Of a DNA stretch of 64,000 nt, positions 36,078-49,800 are shown one piece after another. The DNA lies in NCBI GenBank assembly GCA_024704765.1, contig JAKMXF010000317.1:310160-374159 (forward strand). The letters are read 5' to 3'. Positions within the stretch are counted from its first letter, which is position 1. Every line of letters starts with the position of its first letter. The notes under the pieces were generated by a model. That model did not search any database. It saw nothing but the letters and a program-made list of their open reading frames with translations, and was not told where the DNA came from. Source of the DNA: Oopsacas minuta (taxonomy: Eukaryota > Animalia > Porifera). The position numbers and the translations under genes are program-made.

Positions 36078-39000
36078 TGAAATTTCTGTGAGCAGCGAAA
36101 ATGCGATTGTGATAATTATAATAATTTGATTTTCTTCATTTTATCTTAGAAATCACAAAGTATTTGATTATATGGACATTCTACGTGTCCTACTAATATA
36201 GGCTAGCCAGCTGTCGATGGAAAATTAAGCCATTCGAACTAGAACTCACATGCATGTGTAACGTACGCATTATGTATATCTATTCCTACTAATAATTTCA
36301 ATGACTTCAATATGCAATAGAAACTGGGTGTTCTTACTATTCTTTGGACGGAAATAAAGTAAGAAAAACTAATCCGACATTCTTTACAATCTGAGCATGA
36401 AAATAAGGTAAGAAAAAACCGGTGTAAGAAACTGTACGTACTTACAAATGGTATAAGAAACAATTGGAAATAATCAAAATACAAGCGTCCGTCGCCTTAC
36501 TCGGCGGATACGTTTCTGAAAATTGGCGTGGACGAAAATTGACGAACGGTGAGACTCTAGTTTAATGAGAATGGAGGGGTTATGTTCCTAGATTCAAGAC
36601 ACACATAAATAATGTTACTAGATACAATCCCTAAATGTTACTGATTATCTACAAGGAGTTTCATCAATTTTTGATGCATAAAAAGAGAAACTAATCAAAT
36701 TTTGTACATGTGATTCACCACTTCTACTTGGTTTTTATATAATAACAATGCACAAAAACATATCATCTATAGTCACCAAAGATAGTGGTTTTAGGATGGT
36801 GTGATCATTTTAGCCCCCCCCCGTAGTTATACACATACATTAAAATAATCCAAATTCCAAATTCTCATTTTCATATCTCTGAGCTGTGAATTTTACATAG
36901 GAAAATACACTATTTCAGTTATCCGAACAATTCCATTTATCCAAACACTAAAATTGAAATTGTATGACGAAGATGATCGGATAATCGAGGCTGTATTGTA
37001 CACACATACATACAGATGAATTACGTTTTAATAGTATAGATATAGTAAATAAATTTCTAAACACTCCCATAAACTTAGTTTCAATGATTATACTAAGGAG
37101 TACGCTGATTCCGAATTTCACAATTTCAAGTTTGCCATTTGTAAGCAATTGTTACTCTTATATAAAATTCGAGGCACGAAGTGCCAAGTTACACAGTGTT
37201 CGCCGCAGCGCAATCAAGCGTAGCGCGCTCGTGACGACAGTCGAAATCATTTTCTTACTATGTATTAATCCTCAGGTTGTATAGAAATGTGCAATTTACG
37301 TACATTTTCCATCGGTTATTCTTATTATCGGTGTTTTTATACTAAATTTTCGTGCAAAGAAATAGTAAGAAAAAATCTGTTTCAACTGTACTTTGGTAAA
37401 TAAAAATGATAAAAGTTTAAGAAAATACAGCCAAATTTATTGTTTATAGAACGGAATAATGAAGTGTGGTGGATCGTAGATGTGTCTTTTCCACATTTAT
37501 ACATAGAATATAAAAATAATAAAGTCAAATATATTTACTTATAACAAATTTAATACCATCAGGCTTGTCAAAAGGTCCAACATAGTCAGGTCAGGTCAGG
37601 TTATCGTGAACATATTTCATACAGATCAGGTCTCAAGATTAAGAAAGTCATTTTCAGGTTGTTTAACAATCAATTGAGTGCAATTAACTCATTTAGGAAT
37701 GGGGAAACATACACTAAGGAATGGACATACTGCTAGTTTCTACTCAGTATTTATTTTAACGAGAGCCTATTACATTGAAGATATATCATACTCGAAACTA
37801 GTTGACCGTTTGTCCATAGTTATTTGTCTATGTAGCAATTTGTCGGTCTCCCAACTTTACTATGGTTAGTGTATGATTCATTGCTGAGTATGATGACATA
37901 TATTAAACTGAAAGTATAGCAGATTTTAACGTTATAGAACTAAAGATAAGCATTGTAGATAGTTTCCTCAGAAACGAGTGATTAAATCTATTAAAAGAAT
38001 CAGGTATCAGATCATTATCTAGTGGTATAACGTGACATATGATTGTGCATTACCCCTAAAAATAATTAGATATACAGATACATGAGAGAATCGTTTAGGA
38101 TGTGACGAAATAAAATCAACCACAATAAAAATCTATAATTACAATCTGTGGAGTTTATCCATTAGTTAAATTTGTATAATATGGTACTATTGCTGATTTC
38201 CCTGATTCAGGGAAATCTTATTCTTTTCGTGGGCATTTTTTCGTTCAAAGATTTTGTCAATTTTCGAAAATACAAAAGATTTTGGGAAACTAATTATCCT
38301 AATTTGTAGGTCAAAACTCAAAAATGGCGTAAATTTCAACAAAGATATTCTTCTAGAGGGTGCTGATAAAATATATTCACAGGTATTGGAGCTATTTTCT
38401 AGCCGCCGGCGCTTATTTAAGGATATATGGTCATTGGAAGCACTATGTGAATTTAAGGTAAATTTAACCTTTCATTGTGCTTCCAATTTATAGTGTCACT
38501 ATATACAAATTTAAGTAATAGACTAATCTATTGTGACTTTAGATTTTGTATATATTGAACTAATCCAACTCAACATATGAGAAATTTGGAATCGCAAAAA
38601 TTTAGAATTTAGCGTACCTGCGCTGTTCAGATTAACTCTCTAGTCTCTACACATAATTTTGGTTTGTTTTACATCTCGGAGTTGCGAAATTCAACTTTAA
38701 AATAGCATGCGTGTGTTTGCGATCAATTGCGAGATTGGCAGACTCACAAATTTACCAATTATAATTATAATTATAATTGGTAATAACTTGCTTTATATAA
38801 AACTACAGAATAAATATTTTCTATTTCGGGAAAATTATTGGACTGTTTTTCTGCAGAATTTTCATCAAATAGTCAATTTTATAGAAATGTGAAACCTGAA
38901 TTTACCGGATTTGGTGACTCATAATATTACAATTCACAAAAATTACAAAATAATCTTGACTGAAAATATATCCCAAACAAAAACCATAACTAACAAACTA

Positions 39001-40856
39001 AACTACCTTTTACTACTATCCTACAAAAATATAGGCTGCTATTTCGGGAAGAAGGCTGAGGGTGAGAGGGAGGTATTATTGGCCAATAAAGCGGAGAGGG
39101 AGATGTGGTAGGAGTGGAGACGGGAGGAATATAGAGGGCACAGGGGGGAGAAGATGCCCAGTACGGGAAACACAAAGAGAGATGGTGGAGAAGGGGATGA
39201 ATTTGTAAAGTGGATACACTTAAATAATTTAGATTATAGGATAATATTCTCTATCTTATTGATCTCAAATATTACAATACACTATTTACATTTTATGCTA
39301 ATACACGGGAGCCAGTCACCTAGTACCTATTTCAACTCGTACCTCTTATTTTCCTCAAATTGCACCTATTTTCCACCCACACAATGCTGTCTTAGGGTAT
39401 TTCTTGTTACTTGTTGAACCATACTTTTTGTTCTAGTTATAGACGCACCTCCAGGAGTTGATCAGAGGAGTTTATGCCCCCTCGATCTTGAGTTGATTAG
39501 GGACGAGTCGATGTAGGGTACTAGTTGAAATAGGCGAGTTGACTGACAATCGAATGCATTATAAAAGAATGTACTCCACTGCTGCGGCGAATAAGTCAGT
39601 GCAATTCATAGAATATATTTTACAATGTAAACGCGAGATTGTTGTACACCAATTATCTGGCAATCGCGAAAATACAATTTGGTTATTCTCGCGTTTACAC
39701 CAGTGTAAACCCGAATAGTGTTGTAGAAATCTAGATTGTTCAATGAAGACTTAGTACAGATAAATATTAATACGTATTATACATTCAAGCTACAATTTAT
39801 GGTGACGTAATTTCTATTAGGCTGATTTCTGCAATAAATATTTTGCGTCAAAACATTAGTTCTCGAATTGTTAAGGTGTCAGTGCGGTATTTATTCTAAT
39901 TAGTATGGATCAGGCTTTTATCTGGGTGCGTGATTTTGGAAAATAATTATGAGGGTAGCTAGATAGACATTTCAAGATGTTACGTATACATCAGGTATTA
40001 GGGTAGTGCACGTAAAGAATATGTTTGCTTTAGGATATTTAGTAGTAGACAAATCTAATAAACTCTTTACTGAAGTCAATAAGGTTGGTGCATGATTATT
40101 TTCACAATATAATAGGCTAATATTATCTTAGCTAGAATTGATGTTTGGTACAATCACAGCAAGATCCAAGTTCAAACCAATTATCTTATGACTTTCTAGA
40201 TGGAAGAATATTCTCCTTAATCCATAATTGATATGTATACGTATGTATAAAGTATTTTGCATCTCTCATTGGGAGATCAAGTTTAAATTAGTTAATAATA
40301 ATGTATGTTATTGAAATACACTAAATATATGAGGATGCATAGCCGCAACCAGAGCCATCTTGTATCCTCCCAGATTCAAAACAACTGACAAAAGTGGAAT
40401 TTAGTGATTTCTTAACTGAATTTCTGATGTATCAAAATAGGTCATACTTATCGTCCCAGTTTCTTTTACAGTGGTCCTGGGACTGAGGGTCCGCCGTTGA
40501 TTTGTCAATAGATGGGCAGCGGTTAAATTGCAATTTTTATATGATCAAGGCAAAATAAAAGTTTGAGCCTATCTCAAGGCCTTTTGGGGTTACGGAGAGG
40601 AATTATTACCACTTTTAACATGCAGGTGAAGTGGCATTAAATTCTGTTAGTAGGCGAAATGGTGGTCCTAACTCTAAATTCAATCTATCGTAGTCCAAAT
40701 TCCGACTTAGGAAAGGCCAAATTCAGGTATCAGTTTGAATATTGTATTTACTCATTCAATTAATATTTTAGTATTAAAGATAAATAGCACTTTCATTGCA
40801 TAAAGCAGCTGATTTATAAGTGTATTATTAAAAATATAATACAAATCTAATATACA

Positions 40857-42002
40857 TTATGCATGACTAATCTTTCTTTTCGGTGTTTTATCTACTTGTG
40901 TGGCTTGGCTAAATTCTAATTTAAACTCTAATCCGTCTCCTTTTTGTAGAGAGAGATGTGCTTTCAGAGATTCTTTCACTCTCATCGAATCTTTACTAAT
41001 AGAAAAACCAAGCATTTCCATCATTCCAATCAGTGCCAAGTTGCTACCATTTTGTGGGTTATGGTATGTAGATCCTGCTTCATTGCCTTGTAAGATGGTT
41101 AAATTCTTCCTACTAAAGTCAAGTAGTTCACCCTCTGAGATGTGATAGTGAGTATTTTCAATGCAAGGCTCACTATGACTACGTAATGTTTGGTATTCTT
41201 GACAGGAAGCAGATCCTTCGATCGTACAGTCTGGTAAACTAATGGTAGGAGAGATTTTATTGGCAGACGAATAGCTTGCATTCAGTGACTGGTTGAATCT
41301 CTCCATCTTTTGGTCGTGTTTGTAGCTTGTAGTGATAAGTGCATGTTTGAATAGTTTCTCGTAGGCAGCATCGTTCCATTTTGGAGAGAATGTATACCCT
41401 CTCCCAGCAAGACAGCCAAGCAACATAGGCAATGCTATGCTCACAAACACTGTACAATACTCCCATTTAACTGCGCTTATACTAACGTTCTTGTAGATGA
41501 TATGTTTAGGTAATCCACTGGCTAGCTGCATTACCTTAGACACGTGCCGAGTCAGCTGATCACGCTTCAATAGACTGGACTGTATAGAGGTATCACTGGC
41601 AATAGAATGTGAGGAAGAGAAGGGAAAAGAGCTAGGAAGGAATTGCAACTTTAAACATACTTGTTTTGTATTGCCGGATAGAGCAGGGAGAGTAGCTTTA
41701 CAAGTGGGTATAGTCAAGTTAATCAGAGTTGTAAGTTCTTTAGCAGCAATCTGATAGTAACTTGATAGATCTTCTGTGAATAGATTAATTGCTTTGGCTA
41801 CATCTTTCGAAGAGATGGAAGTGATCGAAAAACCAAGTTGTTCTTTGAATTGTTGTTTTAACGCTACTGAACTTGCTGGGTAAGATGAAATCTCCTGGTA
41901 CGATTTATGGACACGAATATTATGAGGACCACAACACGAAATTTTCCTTGATATTAAAGGAGAATATGACGCTGATTGATGACTTATTGATCTTTGAAAC
42001 AT
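40857..42002 (-). CDS. Orphan single-exon ORF, ~381 aa from ATG 42002, Ser-rich
   Basis: Uninterrupted 1146 bp in AT-rich DNA; AAAATG start context; no domain recognised. Confidence 0.6.
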   Translation of the reverse strand: MFQRSISHQSASYSPLISRKISCCGPHNIRVHKSYQEISSYPASSVALKQQFKEQLGFSITSISSKDVAKAINLFTEDLSSYYQIAAKELTTLINLTIPTCKATLPALSGNTKQVCLKLQFLPSSFPFSSSHSIASDTSIQSSLLKRDQLTRHVSKVMQLASGLPKHIIYKNVSISAVKWEYCTVFVSIALPMLLGCLAGRGYTFSPKWNDAAYEKLFKHALITTSYKHDQKMERFNQSLNASYSSANKISPTISLPDCTIEGSASCQEYQTLRSHSEPCIENTHYHISEGELLDFSRKNLTILQGNEAGSTYHNPQNGSNLALIGMMEMLGFSISKDSMRVKESLKAHLSLQKGDGLEFKLEFSQATQVDKTPKRKISHA

Positions 42003-43511
42003 TTTAAATAATAATAACAATAATTTGTATAAATAATTACAATTTTGTGATATAATTCAATCATATATTAAATATATAATTTATTTCGTAGTATTTATAG
42101 TAATCGGATATGCCAGTTGTATAATATTATATTCTATGTAGTTCTGCTTAGTAATATCAGTAATGAGAGCTATAGAAACAGTACATATGACAGACTACAA
42201 TCTACATTAATAGCCAATTGATATTAACTAGTATTGTTCAGTTATTCCTTGCACTTCATTCAGGAAAAAATCATATAAAATCCTATTAATAATTCCCTTA
42301 TATAATCCCCGTTGGTTAATTGCGTAATAGAAAATTGATTATTTCAAGCAATGTGACATTTATACTGATTTATCTTTGGCCAGAAAGATAAATCAGTTCT
42401 TTGTAATTATTTGAAGCCATAAATATTAGTAAATTAAATATGGCGGTTTGAGAAATACATCAATAGTATTATAGTACAAATGAATTGATGAACGAAAATT
42501 GTGGGGGGGGGGCAATAAACAGTTTGGCGGATTATCCGGGGTGGCACTGTATTTAACGAAGGTAGACTGTAAATTATGATAATCCATCCGATAGAGTGGT
42601 AATGCAGCTCAGGGTCCACTCTCTACCGATTACCATTGACTAGCCGTTAAATCTTAAATATAGCTTCAATTCTATTATCGGCTAAATTTGTCAAAATGTG
42701 ATTAATCATATGACCCATTAGAAATATAGATTTTAAAATATCTAACCCCCGTTAAAACTCGAATCTGATTGTTCTAACCTTAACCACTCCCCAGGTACAC
42801 ATCAGTATCAGTACATCTACAAACCAAATAGTCCCATGTGGTAATTTATATATGATTAGGACCAGTATACTTCTCAATAAATAGAATATTAGAAACATGA
42901 AACAAAGAAGACAAATAAATGAGAGATGATAATTTTTGGTAGAGTAGTTTGCAAACTACAAGAATTATAGAAATGGAACTCTGATTAATATCTTTTAAGA
43001 TTCTAAATTGGTAATATCTGTTTATTATTTATAGAAACGCCCATAACATTGACGTTATGTAACTTAGCTAAAGTACTAAATCAGTCTGAGTCATAATTGT
43101 ATAGCAAATTATCCTGATGCAAAAACACAAAGAATCAAATATATATTATGATAGATTTACGGAAATTTCCATAATCTTCTCTTATTTCTTAGTTATGATT
43201 ACTTCCTAGATTACGCTATAAGTATATGCTAAGATAGTATGCGATATTTAATGAAATAAACTTTATTACTCTCCTGATAAGCATAACGGTTAGGCCACTC
43301 ATGTGTGCTATCCAGCATCGTAACAAGCTTATGACAACCAGTCCTACCATAAATATAACCGAACCCGATCAGCCACTCATCAGTAATAGAACTAATATTT
43401 TTATTACATAAACCGAGCGGACGCCTTCCCTATCATATTTATGGTACCACGTAGTGCTTTCGCAAAAATAGTTTATCATGAACTTTGAGGCTAGTCAGAT
43501 TAACTAAACGG

Positions 43512-43747
43512 CAGTGTTCTCGTCAGGATTATGTAATAGGGGGGTGCGCCGTACACACTCTGTGCACAATACGCGTAAAAATACACCCTTAAGGAAAAAG
43601 AAGATGATGACACGTTTTTTGGGTGAATATATAACATTGTTTATCCATGATAGAGGGGGACACTATGTCTATTTAGGCACGATAGAGGGGTGCATAATCA
43701 CAATAAGGGGTGGCTGCGCCCCCCAAAAATGCCTAGCGAGAACACTG
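43512..43747. mobile_element. hAT MITE (236 bp)
   Basis: TIR CAGTGTTCTCG; perfect 8-bp TSD CTAAACGG. Confidence 0.9.
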
Positions 43748-44893
43748 CTAAACGGATCTAAGCCAGTATACTGTTTAGTATAATATAAATAATATAATGT
43801 TAGCCAAAAATTGATAAACATTTAGCAAAAATTCTATTAAAATTAAATAAATGACAGTTTTCAAGTTAGATGCGAAAGTGGATATAAAAGTAAACGGAAA
43901 TCGATAGTATTAGTAATAACATATCATTTAAGGTAATTTAATTGTTTACCATCCCCTCCCAGAAAATATTTCAAGCTGTAATATCATTTTTAATGAATAC
44001 TAGCGCGCTTCGCTTGCTCTTGCTACGCGGTTGCGAACACTTCGTGTCCGCACTCTGGCCTACGGCCCTCGAGTACATAAACTCATAACCTTAACAGTAG
44101 CAAATATGATACTGCCATAATCTTTAAATCCGCTTACTTTATGATTACAAAAGTAAAAAATATTCACAATCTGCTGTTTACATTGCAAATCTTCGGACTC
44201 AGTTTAACCGTAGAAAGTATGAATCTATTGAAATTGCCTACTTTCTACACCTAAAAGTACAGAAAGTAAGCCAATTCAACTTCTATTTGTTAACATTATA
44301 TTCATAAAAACAACAATAAATTTACATTTGATTAATCCAAAAGTGTGAAAATCAGATTCAGTATATTCGATATATTTAGTAAAGTTTTATTGAATTTTAT
44401 ATATTTCCTTGGTAAACACGATTAATACATAATTATGTGACAATTGAGATTTAATAATATAGATAATACGTACACCAAAATAACAAATAAATACTGCTAT
44501 CTTCAGAATTATGAGTAAAAATACTTTAAGCGCTATCCCCAAGTAGAAGTTCGAAATCGGTAGTGTTGTTCGGATGAATTAGCAAGGGAGAAAGTAAAGA
44601 GCCCAGGGTCAGTTTTGAGTTGATTGCATATACTAACTGTTTAACCGATTCTAAAATTGGAAACGAAGGTTTTATTTGTGCCCCTTTAGATGATCATTTT
44701 TCCTTAATATCCATGTGAATTAATTCCTACTCTCCCAGATGCTGCCTATTTATCTTATCATAATTAACAAATAATATTCATCTAGATTTATATAAATAAA
44801 AGCAATCAAACAATCAGGATTTATTCTAGAGTTGTAGAAATCTCCAAAATGATAATTGTACTCTCAGAATTTAATCTGCTAGGAAGTTCCAAT

Positions 44894-44992
44894 CTAAATC
44901 CGCTCTTGTATAAAAGTCACGTAAGACTGTATTATCTGAGTTCTGTCAGGCTCTATTTCATTGTGAAGTTCGTGTCTGGCAGCTGGCCATAT
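44894..44992 (-). CDS. MGLL: MGLL exon 7 (99 bp including stop)
   Basis: IWPAARHELHNE...FIQERI*; CCCTTTAG acceptor. Confidence 0.9.
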   Translation of the reverse strand: MWPAARHELHNEIEPDRTQIIQSYVTFIQERI

Positions 44993-46749
44993 CTAAAGGG
45001 TAGCCTATGTAACAATTTAGTTACCCAATCAACTCAGTATTCTTATCTAAACTCTTTGAATAGTTCTGCTTACGGTAGAGTTAACAAATTTTGTACTACA
45101 TTTATGGAATTTAATCTAAGAATGTTAAAGGATGTGTTTAAAGAAATCTGAAAGTAATGGGTGCATACAAAGGTGTTAATGGAAATTACGTAAGAATCAT
45201 ACTCGAAATAGAAAAGACAGAATGGTGAAGTTTAAAGTTTAAGAGTGACGGAATGAGCCAATCATCTTATTTAAGCAATACACTAACCTTGATTTGCTTG
45301 TCTTCACTTTGAATGGCATTGAATACTAGATGAGAATTGCCTACAAAAGTAAACGTATCGTCTCCGCCATGGAAAACGAGTGTAGGCAAATGTATTTCAC
45401 CGAGACGAGGTAGAACAGCTTCTCCTCTTGTAATTATGCTAGCTCCCATACCAGCTTTGATACCTTCAGTGTAGTTCAGAGGATCTTCTGCGTATTTTCT
45501 AACCTAACATAATTAAATGAAGCTTAACAATAGCTGAATGACAAAAATTATGTGTAAGTCAGTACGCGACAAATATTGTTAATTATAAAGACTACTACAG
45601 ACCCGGACACTTTAAATAGCTTCCGACAGCCCTGTACATAGCATAGCATAGATATTTCACATTCTTGTTGATAGTCATCACAATTCAGTGGACCTTCGCT
45701 AATGCGAACAGGCATAATACAATCAACAGAAATGGTCGAACATTTGAAAAAACTAATTGTATCCAATTCTACAACGTAAAATATATAATACAGAAAAACT
45801 TCCTAAAGATGAACACCTTTTCTTGGTCCTAAAATGTTTTCTATTGCTACACACAATATCATGGAAAGTGGACACCTTACATATGTGAATATATTGGCTG
45901 GTCCCCAGGATGTTCACTTCCTAAAGGTTTTACTGTATTCTGTTCTATACATTAGCAGTTGTTTCATTGTTTGTACGACATTCTTAAAATTGTAGCCATA
46001 AATCCCATAGTACAGTGCAACCCCTATAAGTGGGTCTCTATATAATGGAGAATTTTTATAAGCAGCGAAATTTTGGTCCACATTCAGTCATTTCCATAGA
46101 AACATAGCTCAATAAACGGAGAGTGAGGAAGGGGCATACTTTAGAGATAATTTTGCCTCCCACCATTGAATTTAACCTTTATAAGTATAAGCGGAGAATT
46201 CTAAGATAAATTTCTTAAATAATACATTTTTGTGCAAAATTTGGAAAACAAACTTATTTATCGCTATTATGAATTGAAATATTTGTGATTCCTCAGATGA
46301 TATTGAATTTCAAATTTTTATATTCAACCATCAACAACCTTAGGACATATTGTAATAATCAAATATCTTTAAAAAAACAGTCGTTTGCAGCAGTGGTTAT
46401 ACATATTGAATCAAAAATCTCTGTTTATTGGACATTTTAGGTTGATATTATAATTGGGAGAATGGTGCTTCTCAGGAGTTTCTCAGTACCGACCTCCCCC
46501 ACTCATAGAGGTTCTACTGTATCCGTATCAAGTTCCCTGATTCCACAAAAACCGTTTGTAGAAGTTTCACTATAGCATGAACTTAGTATACATAGATTGT
46601 GTTTAACACACCTCATTTTCATCTCTAGAAACGCCTACAGGATCTAATTTCTTTATTTTGATCGAAGGGGCTAACCACGCAACGATTTTTCCAAAGAATA
46701 TCTACATAAATAAGAATATAATGGAGTAATCAAACTCAATATTGTAAGA

Positions 46750-46812
<63 letters not shown>

Positions 46813-49800
46813 GACGGGCCAGGCAGTACAGATATTGAAGTGGTCCGATTAAACCGTATCAGCCCCTAAGAAAGTGGTCCGAATGAAATCTCACTTAACA
46901 TTGAAACATTACTGCCAGCATCAAAAAGTGGTCCGGTTAAAATGTGTCAAAAATTAAATCTCCTCCTGTACTATTTTACATTTTATCATAGCCAATTATT
47001 TATTTTTTGTGTAGAAACAGTTTAGATTGTTTTGTATTTCAACATTTTAATCAAAGATCAATATTTATTGCTCTACGTGGCAGCTAAGATAGATCAATTT
47101 CACCAAATTATTGTTTACTAAGCAGATAGATTGACACATTTCGACAAGAAATTTGCTTTTCTGGATTGACCTCATGCATATCTACAGTGATGTAATACTA
47201 ATATTCGGTACGAAGTGAAATTAATACATTCCATTTATGAACTGAAGCTGAGATTTTAAGGATATTACCATATATAGAAACTGGAACGCATAATCTACAT
47301 TCTACAAAATTAGGCAATCAATGTTATCTACGGAGTCCCTAAACTTCTTGAAGGTCATCCACAACATCTATGATATTTACTAAGGTTGTATTGAAAATAA
47401 GTTCTTAGAAATATTAATTGAGTTGATTACATATATTATTCATATAAAACACAGCAACAGATCACAATTTACAAACAATAGATAGACTTGTATAAGTATT
47501 TATGAATCAATGCTTTCTGAATCAACAATCTATATTTAGATTAAGCGTTTTTACAGAACTCAAGAAATAATTCAGAATGGAATTACTGTTGCAATTAGTT
47601 ACTTTCACAATTCTGCAAAGAAGGACATAGAAGAATTAGTTATACATTGCGCATTGAAAAATAAAGTAAATTTAGAATTGATAAATCATTATTTTCAGGT
47701 TACATGTTGGAACACAATTGAAGAGAGTTATTTCATGTATCGTATTTCCCTGAATAAGCGCCGGGGCCATAAAATAAACTTGTGAATAAAATCACCACCC
47801 ACTAGATGAATATGTTTGCTGATATTTACGCATTAGAGTTATTTATAGTTAACCCATATTTCTGAATTTCCTCGCCCGGATTTCATAAACGTAATCACTT
47901 CATTCAGTAACATAAATTCTAAGGTAAGATTAACTTCTTTGTAGTTTTACATGGAGTATTTGGTAATTAAATACAATCTATATTATTAAATCTCAATTGT
48001 TGTCTGTTTGTTTGTTTGTTTGTTTGTTTGTCCGTTGTCAAGGAAAGGATTTACGATATGCAATTTTGAAATTGTCGTATAACTATGTATTTATCGTGTT
48101 TATCAAAGAAGTAAATAGAATTCAATAAAACTTCACTAAATATATCGAACATGCTGAATCCGATTTTCACACTTTTGGATTAATCATATGTAAATTTATT
48201 GTTGTTTTTATTAATATAAAGTAAACAAATTTCCAAATTGAGGTAGAATCATACTTTCAACGACTATGCTAGTATACTCGAGTATGCTGAGTCTGAATAT
48301 TGTAAACAACATCAATATTATTAAATCTCAATTGTTGTTTGTTTGTTTGTCCGTTGATTACCTCGATGCGCAATGCGCGAGTTCATTGCGAAGCGACGAG
48401 CCAAAGCCTCGTATACAGAAAATTAAAATGCTTCAAAAATTGAAAGTATAGTTGCTGTTGTTGCGAAGAAATCTCTAACCAACCCAAATTACTACAATAT
48501 AATTATCAAAATTCCAATTATGCCACTTTCCCTGATAATAAGTTTGATATAAAATAGCTTCCTCAGGGTTAAATTCATATTATGTATGTACTTATAAAGT
48601 CATTTATTCGACATACAGTGTACCTCCCTTATGTTCGGAAGTGGAAGATTCTACTGTTATTAGAAGGCTAGAGAAAGTTGCAAAACATAGCCAAACAATA
48701 TACACTACGTTAGTAGAATAGAATTAAATATCTATGTGTATCATGTACTATAAGGATATTCTTGAGAATATCATAATTATAACGAGATAAGAGTTATCTA
48801 TTCTATCATGTAATAACGTGGAGATCCTAATTAGATTTACATTCAGGCGTTTATTATTATATATTTCAATCATGCTAAACAGAATGTCACGCAATTATCT
48901 ATCAAAAATAATCTGTATTCGTAGCAATACATATTTCTACATATAAAATTTATAGTAACATATATTGCTACGAAATATAGCAACCACTTTAGTGAAGTAC
49001 ATCATGGGGTCTAGGAAGATTTGTAATTTGTTGCTACGAATAAAATTCCAAATATAACTGCGAGGCTTTGGCACGTCCCTCCGCTCCTCAATGTATCTCA
49101 TGAGCTTAGGTAGACTATGAAAAGATTACCTGCATAGTAATGAAAAGTGGGGAGGCCGCCTAGCGCCTCGATTCCCACGCCATTGTATACCTCTGGAAGT
49201 ATAAATGTTGAAAAGTACAATAAAAATTCGAAATTTAGAATCAATGTACCGTACTTGCTTACCTCATATTAGCAGTTAATAGCAAGTCTTTACGTATATT
49301 TTGAGACAAAAGATAATTAACTTTATCTTCATAAACAATTGGCACATTTTGATAACCTTTTTTGCTTTGTTGATTTGGAGACATGATATTCTACATATCT
49401 GTAATACAGTAAACATTGGATTTAACGACACTCGTTTGGGCAGGCAAAATATGTCGCTAAATTCAATGTGTCGTTATATCAGAGGTGGTGTGTGCAGAAT
49501 AATGCTGCGAGATTCTGGGCAAGCAAAAATGGGTCGTTCTAAGCGGTTTGTCGTTCAAGCCGATGTCGTTAAATCTAATGTTTACTGTATATTTACTTAG
49601 GCATAAAAGTACTGTTTGTGCGATACGAAACAATTCTGTATATGTCATACAATATTCAGCCTATGCATTTTTGACTGTGGTTTGGCTTTATCACGTCCGT
49701 GTAATATAGTAGTCCGTGGTTTCATAATATCAAAGCTAGGAAATTCATGCAGTGAATAGTCTATTGTAACATGTGTATATTTCCAATTTAGAAATCTCAC

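Noticed and set aside
39040-39200. Purine-rich, G-rich stretch (possible G-quadruplex or triplex)
   Set aside because: No regular G-run pattern, no ORF and no termini; probably a repeat fragment.
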